Shown: positions 22,256 through 32,056 of the stretch, piece after piece
How positions within the stretch are numbered: position 1 is the stretch's first letter
Layout of the letters: every line of letters begins with the position of its first letter
Made by a program: the position numbers and the translations under genes
The notes under the pieces: generated by a model
Seen by the model: the letters and a program-made list of their open reading frames with translations, nothing else
The model's database searches: none
Told to the model about the DNA's origin: nothing
Assembly: GCA_963797555.1 (NCBI GenBank)
Contig: CAWCPV010000002.1
Coordinates: forward strand, 64,001-128,000
Source of the DNA: an uncultured Gammaproteobacteria bacterium
Lineage (GTDB): Bacteria; Pseudomonadota; Gammaproteobacteria; CAWCPV01
Length of the DNA: 64,000 bases
Direction: 5' to 3'

Positions 22256-25200
22256 GGGCTTTCCTCCCGATGTGCAGCCGTCTCCAAACTCACGCGCGGT
22301 GCAGCCCGCGACGCTGTACCTGCAGGCCACGCCTTGGTGGTTTCGTTGATCAGCAGAGGCGCGAGTGCCGTGCCCGCAACGACCAGGCCGTCCAAGAGCC
22401 CAATGGGCGCACTCCCCAGGAATTGCCTCAAGCCGGGTAACACCGCCGACAGGAACTGTAGTCCGAGGGATCCTGCCATCGCCCCCTTCAGATAAGGGTT
22501 CGCGGGAAGCGGCCGCGGATCGAACAAGCTATGCGTCTCGGAACGGCAGCTGATGGCATGCAGGAGTTGCGCCGTGGTCAGGCTCATGAACGCCATCGTA
22601 TTGGCCCTAGCCCCCAGACCATAGCGGTAGACCCCGTAGCCGTATGCAGCGAGCGCGCCCGCGGTGAGCGTGGAGGACTCGAACCCGATGCGCCCGAAAT
22701 CGCCCCAGCCCACGATGGGCTGCCTCGGATCGCGCGGTGGACGGCGCAGCACGTCCGGCTCCGGCGCCTCCATGGCCAGGGCGAGCCCAGGAAAAATGTC
22801 CGTGACCAGATTGATCCACAACAACTGCATCGGTGTAAGGGGTTGGCCCGCCCCTGCAGCGATGGCACCCAGCATGACCATGATCTCGCTCAGGTTGGTG
22901 GCCAGAAGGAAGTGGATGGACTTGCGGATGTTCCCATAGATGGTGCGACCGCGACTCACCGCCGTCACCATGGTGGCGAGATCGTCTTCCTCCAGCACCA
23001 CGTCGGCCACGGTGCGCGCGACATCGGTCCCGGCCCCTCCCATAGCGATTCCGATGTCGGCGGCCTTGAGGGCTGGCCCATCATTGATGCCATCTCCGGT
23101 CATGGCCACCACCTGGCCCGTCCGCTGCAGCGCCTGAACGATCTGGAGCTTGTGCGCGGGGCTCACGCGGGCAAATACGTGGACCCGCTCGGCAATGGCC
23201 GCCAGAACCTCCGAGTCGATGCGCTCTAGGTGGGTGGAGTCCAGGATTTCCAACTGGCCGCCAGCGCTGAGGTCCAGGGCTTTGCCGATCGCATAGGCCG
23301 TGGGGCTCTGATCTCCGGTGATCATCACTGTATCGATCCCGGCGTCGTGGAAGAGCCCGATCAAGTCCCGGACACCGGGCCGGATAGGGTCAGCCATCCC
23401 GACCAATCCTACCCACGTGAGCCCCTGGGACAGCTCGCCCCCCTCTGGAAGATCACTATAGGCCATCCCGAGAACGCGCAGGGCATCGCCCGCCATGCGG
23501 TCATTTTCGATACGGATGGTCGACCTCAGCTCCTCGCTCAGCGGATGCCGCTCCCCATCCCGAAAGATCCAGTCGCAGAGGCCCAGCACCTCCGACGGAC
23601 TGCCCTTGACCGCAACCCGCACCTGCCCGTCTGGCAGGGCATGGTGGCTCGCCATGTAGTTACGATTCTCGGCGCGCTGCTCCAGTCTGAGCACGGGAAA
23701 GCGGCGTCTGAGCGGGGGCACGTCGACCCCGGCATCCATCGCCATGCGCAGCAAGGCCGCCTCCGTCGGCGAGCCTTTGAAGGGATCGCCCGCGCCCGGT
23801 GCGTTCGGCACCGCCTCGTTGCACAGCACGGATACCTCCGCGAGACGCATCAGGTCTGGATGCTCCGACGGCGGGACGGCTGTTCCGTCGGCATCCCAGA
23901 AACATCCCTGCGACACCCCCAAGCGCACACCGTCGGTAGCCACCCGGACCACGGCCATGCGGTTCAGAGTCAGTGTGCCCGTCTTGTCCAGACACAACAC
24001 CTGCACCGCACCCAAGGTCTCGACGGCATCGAGCTGGCGGATCAGGACCTTGTGCCGTCGCATGTCCCGGATGCCGATGGCCAGAGTGGTGGTAGCGACG
24101 GTCGGCAGCCCCTCAGGCACCGCCGCCACCGCCAAGGAGATGGCGGTCTTGAGCATCTGCAGCAGGCCATAGCCGCGCAACAGTCCGAGGACGAATACGA
24201 CGCCGCAGACCGCCCCGCTCAGCACAATGACCCGCGTGCCCAATTGGCTGAGCTGCCGTTGCATCGGAGTCTCAGGGGACCTCGCTTCGCCCACGAGGGT
24301 CTGAATCGTACCGAGCTCCGTAAAACCGCCGGTGCCGACGACGACGGCGAGCCCACTCCCCCCGGTAACGGTCGTCCCCATGTACACCATATTCACCCGG
24401 TCACCAAGGGGTAGCTCGTCCACGCTCAGTGCCGCGGTGCTCTTGCTGACCGGCATGCTCTCACCGGTGAGCGGGGACTCGTCGAGCGTGAGCCAGCGTG
24501 CCTCGACGAGCCGGGCATCCGCTGCCACGTAGCTGCCTGGCGATAGGCTCAAGATGTCACCGACCACCACGTTCTCACTGCCGATCTCTCGTAGGCGGTT
24601 CTCCCGCAAGACATGGACCGAGGGTTGCACCACGCTGGCCAGGGCATCGATAGTGCGTTCCGCCTGCCGCTCCGTGATAAAGCCGATGGTAGCGTTGATG
24701 ATCACGACCCCCATGATGACCACCGCATCCGCGAAGCCACCCGTCGCTGCTGAGATGACGGCGGAGGCGCTGAGCAGCGCCACCGGCAGGCTGTTGAGCT
24801 GGCCGAGCAACATGCTCAGCGCCGAACGTCCGGCGGGCTGGGGCAATACGTTCGGGCCATAGGCAGCGAGCCGGTTGGCCACGGCCCCATTGGAGAGGCC
24901 CGGGTGTCCTGGGCTATCGACGACCGCCAGGACCTCCGGGGTGTCGAGACGGTGCCATAATCTTTGCGCCTGAGTCTGGTAACCCCCGAGCAAGCGCCGG
25001 GCGTGGTGCGAGTGGACATTGCTGCCCCCGCGTTGCGCGGCGCTGCGACGGCTCGGCGAGGTGCCGTCGCCGGCCCTTTGGAGCTGCTGCAGGGCCGTGC
25101 GCGAAGGGAGAAGCCGTTCGATGGCGAGGACGATGGTCGGCAGGTCCGTCGCCTCGCCGAAGGTAACGAGCACGTTCCCGGTCAGCGTGCTGGCCCAGAC

Positions 25201-25323
25201 CCCGGTAACGCCCGAAAGCCGGCGCACCGCGGATTCCAGGAGGGCCCGCACATGCGCGCCGCGGTGAAGCCCATGGACGCGCAAACGCGCCCGCCCGGGG
25301 ACCGCGGTATGGATCGGACGCAC
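22252..25323 (-). CDS. P2A-type cation-transporting P-type ATPase with N-terminal HMA2 domain (start uncertain; ORF open to 25527)
   Basis: HTAVPGRARLRV...TGNVLV N-terminus; TGES, AAVPEGLP, DKTGTLT, TGDGINDGPAL, QLLWINLVTD. Confidence 0.9.
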   Translation of the reverse strand: MRPIHTAVPGRARLRVHGLHRGAHVRALLESAVRRLSGVTGVWASTLTGNVLVTFGEATDLPTIVLAIERLLPSRTALQQLQRAGDGTSPSRRSAAQRGGSNVHSHHARRLLGGYQTQAQRLWHRLDTPEVLAVVDSPGHPGLSNGAVANRLAAYGPNVLPQPAGRSALSMLLGQLNSLPVALLSASAVISAATGGFADAVVIMGVVIINATIGFITERQAERTIDALASVVQPSVHVLRENRLREIGSENVVVGDILSLSPGSYVAADARLVEARWLTLDESPLTGESMPVSKSTAALSVDELPLGDRVNMVYMGTTVTGGSGLAVVVGTGGFTELGTIQTLVGEARSPETPMQRQLSQLGTRVIVLSGAVCGVVFVLGLLRGYGLLQMLKTAISLAVAAVPEGLPTVATTTLAIGIRDMRRHKVLIRQLDAVETLGAVQVLCLDKTGTLTLNRMAVVRVATDGVRLGVSQGCFWDADGTAVPPSEHPDLMRLAEVSVLCNEAVPNAPGAGDPFKGSPTEAALLRMAMDAGVDVPPLRRRFPVLRLEQRAENRNYMASHHALPDGQVRVAVKGSPSEVLGLCDWIFRDGERHPLSEELRSTIRIENDRMAGDALRVLGMAYSDLPEGGELSQGLTWVGLVGMADPIRPGVRDLIGLFHDAGIDTVMITGDQSPTAYAIGKALDLSAGGQLEILDSTHLERIDSEVLAAIAERVHVFARVSPAHKLQIVQALQRTGQVVAMTGDGINDGPALKAADIGIAMGGAGTDVARTVADVVLEEDDLATMVTAVSRGRTIYGNIRKSIHFLLATNLSEIMVMLGAIAAGAGQPLTPMQLLWINLVTDIFPGLALAMEAPEPDVLRRPPRDPRQPIVGWGDFGRIGFESSTLTAGALAAYGYGVYRYGLGARANTMAFMSLTTAQLLHAISCRSETHSLFDPRPLPANPYLKGAMAGSLGLQFLSAVLPGLRQFLGSAPIGLLDGLVVAGTALAPLLINETTKAWPAGTASRAAPRVSLETAAHREESP

Positions 25324-25482
25324 GGCGGCACCCTCTTCTGCGGCAGACGACAATGCCCGGGCCCTTCCAGCGGGTGCAGACCTATTCAGTCCTAGCTCAG
25401 TTACCTCGATGGTCGCAGGCGCGACGCGCGCAAACCAACCGCACGCATCTAATGCGAGCCCGTCGAGGAAACCGTGCATGAT

Positions 25483-25509
25483 GTGGCGCAGATGTTTCAT
25501 AATGATGAC
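25483..25509 (-). promoter_or_regulatory. Triple Pho-box-like repeat facing ATPase-metK operon
   Basis: Minus strand GTCAT-CATTAT-GAAAC-ATCTGC-GCCAC, 11-bp period. Confidence 0.5.
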
Positions 25510-25542
25510 TGGCCAAAATCCAGTCAAATTTAGAGGTGGAAC

Positions 25543-25827
25543 ATGGCACTGTTCGACGATGCATTGAAGAGCTGGGGGGTGCCCACCCTGTTGGGCGTCG
25601 GTGTGGTGATCGCCATCCCCGTTGTGCTGCCGCTGGTCGGCGCTGCACTGCGGCCCGTTGCCAAGGCAGCGATAAAGGGCTATCTCGCCTTCAGCGACGC
25701 GGCCAGCGAATACGTGGCGGGTGCGGCCGAGGAGTTGAGCGATCTAGTCGCCGAGGTCAAAGCCGAGCGAGCGGGCGTCGTTGCCGCCCCGTCTGCGGCA
25801 TCTGGGGCCGGGGCATCCGGGGAGTGA
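25543..25827 (+). CDS. DUF5132-like small membrane protein, second paralogue
   Basis: LLGVGVVI, RPVAKAAIKG, EELSDLVAEVKAE; GAGGT RBS. Confidence 0.85.
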   Translation: MALFDDALKSWGVPTLLGVGVVIAIPVVLPLVGAALRPVAKAAIKGYLAFSDAASEYVAGAAEELSDLVAEVKAERAGVVAAPSAASGAGASGE

Positions 25828-25877
25828 CCGGCCGAACTCCCTCCTGCGGGAGCGTCGCACCTTCGGGCAACTCTTCC

Positions 25878-27743
25878 ATGAGACTTCCGGCCTTGCGCGT
25901 GGCCCACGCTCTACCGGGGCGAGTGCGCCTCAAGGTTCCCGCCCTCAAGGGTAACGGGGATCTCGTGCAGGCCGTGTGCGAACAACTGGAGACTGTCGAC
26001 GCCGTCCTGGAAGTGCGCGCGAGCCCGCTCACCGGAAGCCTGCTGGTCCGCTACGACACCTCGCGAATTCCGTCTCTAGGAGTCTGTCGGACTTAAGGTA
26101 GAAACGCGGGTGTTGCAACGCCCCAAGGGGGGAATCTTGACCATGTGGCTCAGGTATGGGTGAGAAGCTATCTTTTTTGCGTGGCAAGACCCTTCACGTG
26201 CCTTCTTTTCACCCGTTCAGGGCATGCATCCGCTTCAGATTCCACCCAAGGCATACTAAAGCCCATTCACTTCGGACTGCGTCTAAGCCGCGAAGCAGAA
26301 ATTGCCTGAACCCTTGCACGTGTTTGAGGATACCGAAGACGGTTTCCACGGAAGATTTGCGCTTGGCGTAAAGTGCCTTACCTTCCTTGGTTTGCAGGCG
26401 GTGGTGCATCGCCTGTACGGGTGTGGGATTGCGAGGGGGTTTAGGGTCTTCGGCGAAGCGCGTCTGTAAGGGAACATTGTGCTTCTCGCGTTTTTCCGGG
26501 ATGAGCGGCGCGATGCGAGCGTTTTTGCACCGCTGAACGTTGGCCTCGCTGAAGTAGCCGGTGTCGGCGAGGAGGGATTCGCCCTGACCCAGCGCCTCGG
26601 GCAACTGGGCAATGTTCTCTAACGCCGGCGCAATCTCCTGTTTGTCATTGGGGTGCTGGGTGACGTGGTGCTCCACGATGAGATGCGTCTCGACATCCAC
26701 CCCGGCCTGCACGTTGTAGGCCTGTTCGAACCCTCCACTGGAGGTGGGCATGATGCGTGATTCTTCATCCGTCAGATTGACTTGGTCCTTGGCCTGCGGG
26801 CCAGGTGTCGGAGGACTCGGCGCCTTGCCCCGAGCCTTCTTGCCGGTGTGTTTCTCATAGACCTCGCGCTTGGCCTGCTTCTGTTCGAACTCCGCCTGCT
26901 CGCGCTCAAAACGCGCCTGCGCCCGGGTCCGGATCTCCTCTTTCGCCTGGGCAATCGCCGCCAGTCGCTCTTCGCGACGCTTGAGTCGGCGGGAATATCC
27001 ATCTCCTCCGCCAGTGAGCTCCGGTCGGCCTGCTCGGCAAAGCGCATCAGGGCTTGCACTTCCTCCTGAAGCTGCGCCTCGAGCCGGTTCGCGTACTCCC
27101 AACTCAGCGCCTTATGCTTGCTGGCGTTTGCTTTGACCTTGCTCCCATCCAGCGCAATCGTGCCCAGCTTCACCAGCCCCATCTCTGCCGCCACCAGCAG
27201 AATCTCGACAAACAGCCCCTCCAGCTCCTTCAGAAACCGCCTGCGGAATTGCGCGATGGTGTCATGGTCCGGGTGCGTGTTGGCACAGATATACCGAAAC
27301 GCGATCGAATCATGGGTCGCCTTCTCCAGCTTGCGACTGGAAAACACCCCCGTGGCATAGCCGTAGAACAGCAACGCCACTAACATCGCCGGGTGGTAGG
27401 GCTTCGACCCCTTACCCCCGTACACCGCCGACAGATGCCTCAGCTCCAACTGCTCCACAATCTCCACCACAAATCGAGCCAAGTGCCCTTCCGGGAGATA
27501 GTCCTGCACGCAAGGCGGGAAAATATACGGGGTATCGCGGTCTATCGGGATGAATTCAACAGCCATCTTGCTCCCCAGGCGGTGGCCCGCTACAGTGCGC
27601 CTATTCTACCCCCGAGTCGGCTCCAAGTCCGACAGCCTCTAGGCGCCTTTCATAAGCTGCTCGAGCCCATCCACGGGCTGTTTCCGGGTGCCCAGGATCT
27701 GGGCGCTGCCGCCGCGCAACAGGCGGACTCCACGTCCCGCTGA
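25878..27743 (+). pseudogene. HMA2-domain gene interrupted by IS1182-B
   Basis: VAHALPGRVRLKV...TGSLLVRYD; removing the IS rejoins IPSL-GAFHKLLEP...SR* in frame. Confidence 0.8.
26080..27639 (-). mobile_element. IS1182-family element B; transposase 26209-27566 frameshifted near 26985
   Basis: IRs GAGTCTGTCGGACTT / AAGTCCGACAGCCTC at a (C)TAG target; SSRKLE, PDHDTI, LDGSK, ADTGY motifs in two frames. Confidence 0.9.
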
Positions 27744-28121
27744 TCCCCGGCGTTGCGCGACGGAATTCTATCCTCGCTGGGCGCGCTCGATAACCGCTAT
27801 CGGACGCGCCGCTGCGGGGCACGGACTTGCGTCTGCTGATTCCGGTCCCGCTGTTATTTCTCGGCTTGCGGTCGCTCATCGTTGCCGAATAACTACTCGT
27901 TCCCGTCTGACATGACTACTTCTCGTTCACCTTCGTCACCTTTGCGATGCTGAACCGCCCGCGCCACGGCGCGGACGCCCCCTCCTGGTCCTCGTAGGGC
28001 GTCGTCAAGATCTCGGCTGACCTTGCCGAGGCGGCCTGACGGTTGGCGTGCGGTGGCCTGGCCGTCCGACCGTGATGGAGGCGACCCCACCGGCACGTCT
28101 CCGAGACGGACCGTGGCGTGT

Positions 28122-28170
28122 GTCACAGGAACGCAACGTTTCCGATCCGCTAATGTCACGACGGCGTGAC
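28122..28170 (+). promoter_or_regulatory. Pho-box-like array upstream of PlcP-like gene
   Basis: GTCAC(28122), GCAAC(28133), GTCAC(28155), GTGAC(28166): all on an 11-bp grid. Confidence 0.6.
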
Positions 28171-28217
28171 ATAGTGCGCAGCGTCCCGAGGACAGAGCGG
28201 CGCGGGCGATTCTTACG

Positions 28218-29027
28218 ATGAAACCGTTAGAGCTTCGGTCTGTGTGGATATCGGATGTGCATCTCGGTCTACGAGCATGCAAGGCCGAGTTTCTCCTGGA
28301 CTTCTTGCACAACGTGAGGTCCGAGTATCTGTACCTCGTGGGGGACATCATCGACTTCTGGACCCTGCGCAGCGGCTGGTACTGGCCCCAAATGCACAGC
28401 GACGTGTTGCGGGCGGTCCTGCACCGGGCCCAGAACGGTACGCATGTGGTCTACGTGCCCGGCAATCATGATGAGCTTTTCCGAGAATATGCCGGGACGA
28501 TCTTCGGGGGCGTCCAGGTGCGGTCCGAGGCGGTCCACGAGACGGCCGACGGCCGTAAGTTTCTAATCATTCACGGCGACGAGTTCGACTACGTCGTCAA
28601 GCACAACCGCACCGTGGCCCTGATCGGCAGCGGCGCATACGAGCTTCTGCTGAGCGCCAACCGTTGGGTGAACGCGGCGCGGCGCAGGCTCGGGCTGCCT
28701 TACTGGTCGCTTGCCGCTTACCTCAAGCACAAGGTGAAAAACGCGGTCAACTACATCAGTAATTTTGAGCATGCTCTGGTGCACGAGGCACGCAAGCGCA
28801 GGCTCGACGGCGTCATCTGTGGGCATATCCACAAGGCCGCCATCCAGCAGATCAACGGTGTCCTCTACTGCGACGGCGATTGGGTGGAAAGCTGTACGGC
28901 CCTGGTCGAGCACCAGAACGGACGCCTGGAGGTGATCCACTGGGCCGATGAAAGCGTGTTCCTGCTGGCGGAGGGCGAGGAACAACGGTCAGCGTCTATC
29001 CCCGTACACGTGGCTCGCGTCTCTTGA
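28218..29027 (+). CDS. PlcP-like metallophosphoesterase (LpxH-like family; phospholipase C)
   Basis: WISDVHLG, LVGDIID, WYWPQ.H.DV, PGNHDE, HGD.FD, GHIH, GDWVES. Confidence 0.82.
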   Translation: MKPLELRSVWISDVHLGLRACKAEFLLDFLHNVRSEYLYLVGDIIDFWTLRSGWYWPQMHSDVLRAVLHRAQNGTHVVYVPGNHDELFREYAGTIFGGVQVRSEAVHETADGRKFLIIHGDEFDYVVKHNRTVALIGSGAYELLLSANRWVNAARRRLGLPYWSLAAYLKHKVKNAVNYISNFEHALVHEARKRRLDGVICGHIHKAAIQQINGVLYCDGDWVESCTALVEHQNGRLEVIHWADESVFLLAEGEEQRSASIPVHVARVS

Positions 29028-29121
29028 GAGCGCCTGCCCCGCCTCATGCTTGTTCGTGGGTGCTGCGACGCTTACCGGCCACTGCTCACTCGATGATCCG
29101 AAAGCCATAGGAGATAACGGA

Positions 29122-29850
29122 GTGACGAAGCCTATGAGAATGCTCCGAGAGCCAGTGCAGGCTGCCTTCAGTCTGAGCCCGGCCCTGCTGAGCGACGTTC
29201 TGTACCATGCGAAGCCCTTGGGCCACAATGAGCAGCCCGACAATCTAAACCTCGGGTTCGGCTTTCTGTATTACGGCTTGGTCCGCGCCCTGCGCCCGGC
29301 ACATGTCCTGGTGATAGGCTCGGGCTTCGGATTCAGCGTCGTGTGCCTTGCCCTGGGCCTGAAGGACAATGCAAAAGGATGCCTGAGCTTCGTAGATCCC
29401 TCCTATTCGGTGTTCAAGAATGGACCGCTCCACACCATGGGCGGAAGGGGGCAGTGGGACGATCCTCCGCGGGTACGTGATCACTTCGCGCGTTTCGGAG
29501 TAGACGACCGGGTTGTCCATTACAAGCTGAGGAGTGACGAGTTCTTCCCGCAGTATGAAGCGCTGGACTTGGCCGCCATCGACATCGCCTTCATCGACGG
29601 CAATCATGCCTACGCCAACGTCAAGTACGACTTCCTTCAGGTGCTGCATCGCGCCCACAAGAACAGCTACGTCTTGCTTCACGACAGCAACATCTACATC
29701 CGCGAGATGGTGCACCACGCCGGCGTGAAACGCTGGCTCAAGTTTCTGAAGCGCGACAGGGACTGCTTCGAGGTGCTGGATTTCCCGTTCGCTTCCGGGG
29801 TGGCCGTCGTGCGTATCTTGCAGGACGGGGTATGGACCCCGCCGCAATAG
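29122..29850 (+). CDS. Class I SAM-dependent methyltransferase (Methyltransf_24-like)
   Basis: VLVIGSGFGFS, FVDP, IDIAFIDGNH.Y, LLHDS. Confidence 0.8.
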   Translation: MTKPMRMLREPVQAAFSLSPALLSDVLYHAKPLGHNEQPDNLNLGFGFLYYGLVRALRPAHVLVIGSGFGFSVVCLALGLKDNAKGCLSFVDPSYSVFKNGPLHTMGGRGQWDDPPRVRDHFARFGVDDRVVHYKLRSDEFFPQYEALDLAAIDIAFIDGNHAYANVKYDFLQVLHRAHKNSYVLLHDSNIYIREMVHHAGVKRWLKFLKRDRDCFEVLDFPFASGVAVVRILQDGVWTPPQ

Positions 29851-30526
29851 CCCCCCTTTGGGGGTGGCCGCGGCCTCTGCCGCCGCGCTCTATTGGCGGT
29901 ATGTCTGGTTCTTCCGCAATCCGGCCCGGACACCGCCACGGGAGGACGGCGTCCTGAGCCCCGCCGATGGGACCGTGGTCTATGTCAAGCACATCGCTTC
30001 CAACGAGGCCGTGATCTGCATCAAGAAGGGGATGCACATCGCCGTCAGCGATATCGTGAGGAGCGAGATGCCCCTGCCGAAGCTGCTCGTCGGTGTCTTC
30101 ATGAGCCCGTTCAACGTGCACTACAACCGGGCGCCCATCTCGGGTCGCGTGGCGCTAATCCGGCACCATCCGGCCCACGGCCACAACGTCCACATGGGCC
30201 CCATGCATCTGCGGGTCATCCTGGGGCGGCTCCCCCTGTACACGAACAGCCGGCACCTGCTGCAGAACGAGCGGACCGTCACCCGGATCGACGGCATCTA
30301 CAGGGGTCACCCGATGCCCTGCTATGTGGTGCAGATCGCCGCGAAGACGGTCCGCGGCATCGACAGCTACGTAGGGGAAGGACAGGTCATCGAGAGGGGA
30401 CAGACCTTCGGGATGATCCGCATTGGCTCTCAAGTCGACCTGATACTACCGTGGACGGAAGACTTGGAGGTGGCGATCCGCCCCGGCGACAAGGTCCGCG
30501 CCGGCGAAACCATTCTGGTCCGCTGA
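29832..30526 (+). CDS. Phosphatidylserine decarboxylase-like pyruvoyl enzyme (short type); probable 1-nt deletion just after ATG 29832
   Basis: FFRNP.R, SPADG.V, FMSPFNVHYNRAP, NER, GMIRIGSQVDL (G-S autocleavage site). Confidence 0.82.
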
Positions 30527-30705
30527 GTGCCCCCGAGCCAGGGGGGACGGCGCCCTCGCTACACCTCGGACTGCGGCTATAAGTTGGAGACAGCGCTTCT
30601 GCAAGCGCCGGCGGCTATCTACCGTCCTGTCCAGCTCTTGGAGGCACACCTGCGGCTGCCGGAGGACGCGGCCCCGCCGACGCCGCACCAGATTGAGAGT
30701 GTACC

Positions 30706-30872
30706 TTCCGGGGCACCTCGAAAAATTTGGCACTGGCTGGCGCCAGTGGTCCCCGACGAGGAACGAAGCGACGCCCCAGCCCGGATTCTCCGACCTCGAC
30801 GAGCCCCCCTCGTGCACGTCCGCCAGGTGGTCGACTGGGATGCCTTTCGCCCCCGGCTTGGGCGTCTGCACC
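30706..30872 (+). mobile_element. IS5-family relic
   Basis: GGGGCACCTCGAAAAA end-like sequence followed by QPGFSDLDE / PLVHVRQVVDWDAFRPRL fragments in different frames. Confidence 0.45.
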
Positions 30873-31034
30873 ACGGGAGCGACGAGCAGATCGAGGTTGT
30901 ATCAACTGGAGCGAAGGGGATAGCGCCTCTTCGGGAATCGCGTATGGAAAGACCGCGCGGGTCCACCGACACATCCGGCAGCGCACACCACTGGAGCCCA
31001 CTCAGTCATTGCTGCCCTCCTGCGCCGATGGGCG

Positions 31035-31748
31035 TCACCACGGGATCGGCTGGCGGTCGCGGAAGAATCCGCCGCTGGGTCCCTCATCAGGGAGGGTGGC
31101 GAGCCACACGATGGTGTCCGCCCCTTCGGCGGGGGTGCGCAGCGCGTTGGGCCCACCCATCCGGGTGCGTACCCAGCCGGGGCATACCGAGTTGACCTTG
31201 ATGTTGGTGCCGGCGAGCTCATCGGCCAGGATCCGAGTGACCCCGTTCAAGGCGAGCTTGGACAAGCGGTACGCCGGATAGCCCCCATTCATGTCCGAGA
31301 GCTGCCCCATGCCGGATGAGACGTTCACGATGCGCCCGTAACCGCGCGCCTTCATCAGCGGAACGAGCGCCTGGGCCAGAGACAAGGCTGCGTAGGCATT
31401 GGTCTCCATCGCCGCGCGAATTCGGTCGAGATCAGCCGCGAAGATGCTGCTGGCCGCGTGCGCATCGGGCAGGATGCCGGCGTTGTTGACCAGGATGTCG
31501 AGCCCCCCGATGTCGGCGCGTAGGAAGTCCGCAAGCCCATGGATGCCTTCGACATCCGTGACCGACAGGGCTCGGAACAGGATGTCGAGGCCTTCGCCCC
31601 GCAACGTCTCCGCTGCCGCCTTGCCGTTGTCGGGGTCGCGGGCGGTGAGGACCACCCGGATCCCCCGCCTGGCGAGCTGGCGGCAGGTCTCGAAGCCAAG
31701 CCCGCGGTTGGCTCCAGTGACTACGGCGACCTTCGACTCCTCAGACAT
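31035..31748 (-). CDS. SDR family oxidoreductase (carbonyl-reductase-like)
   Basis: TGANRGLG, NNAG, YRLSK, CPGWVRT.MGG. Confidence 0.92.
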   Translation of the reverse strand: MSEESKVAVVTGANRGLGFETCRQLARRGIRVVLTARDPDNGKAAAETLRGEGLDILFRALSVTDVEGIHGLADFLRADIGGLDILVNNAGILPDAHAASSIFAADLDRIRAAMETNAYAALSLAQALVPLMKARGYGRIVNVSSGMGQLSDMNGGYPAYRLSKLALNGVTRILADELAGTNIKVNSVCPGWVRTRMGGPNALRTPAEGADTIVWLATLPDEGPSGGFFRDRQPIPW

Positions 31749-31937
31749 GGCAGTCCCCCGGGGAAATCAAGCTGCGCTCGGGACGCCGTACAGTTTACAC
31801 GCCGGCCTGGCTGTTTCTCCCAAGCGCTAAGGGCGCCGCCGCCCTTCGCGCCTGATCACCGCACACCCCATCGCACTGTCATCCTCGGAAGTTCAAGAAC
31901 ACCCTCACCGGGGAGCGCGCTCGTCGGGGGGGAACTC

Positions 31938-32056
31938 AGAGCTTGTGAAGAAATCGTCGCGAGCGGTCCGAGAGCAAGGCGCACGGAGCGCAGCGACGAG
32001 ACATATCAAGTAGATAGGCGAGGAGCGAGCACCGCGCAACGCCGCTATCGGGACGC
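31938..32056 (+). repeat. MITE-like repeat, copy 2 (3' truncated)
   Basis: Starts AGAGCTTGTGAAGAAATC; first 9 nt are the reverse complement of the end of copy 1 (ACAAGCTCT). Confidence 0.8.

Noticed and set aside
17216-27743. Canonical ferrosome or magnetosome operon
   Set aside because: No P1B-6 ATPase, mam genes or clear Fur box in the window; only the accessory-protein types are shared
27744-28120. Possible small genes on the minus strand between HMA2 and PlcP
   Set aside because: Short ORFs without RBS or motif support; cannot be called by eye
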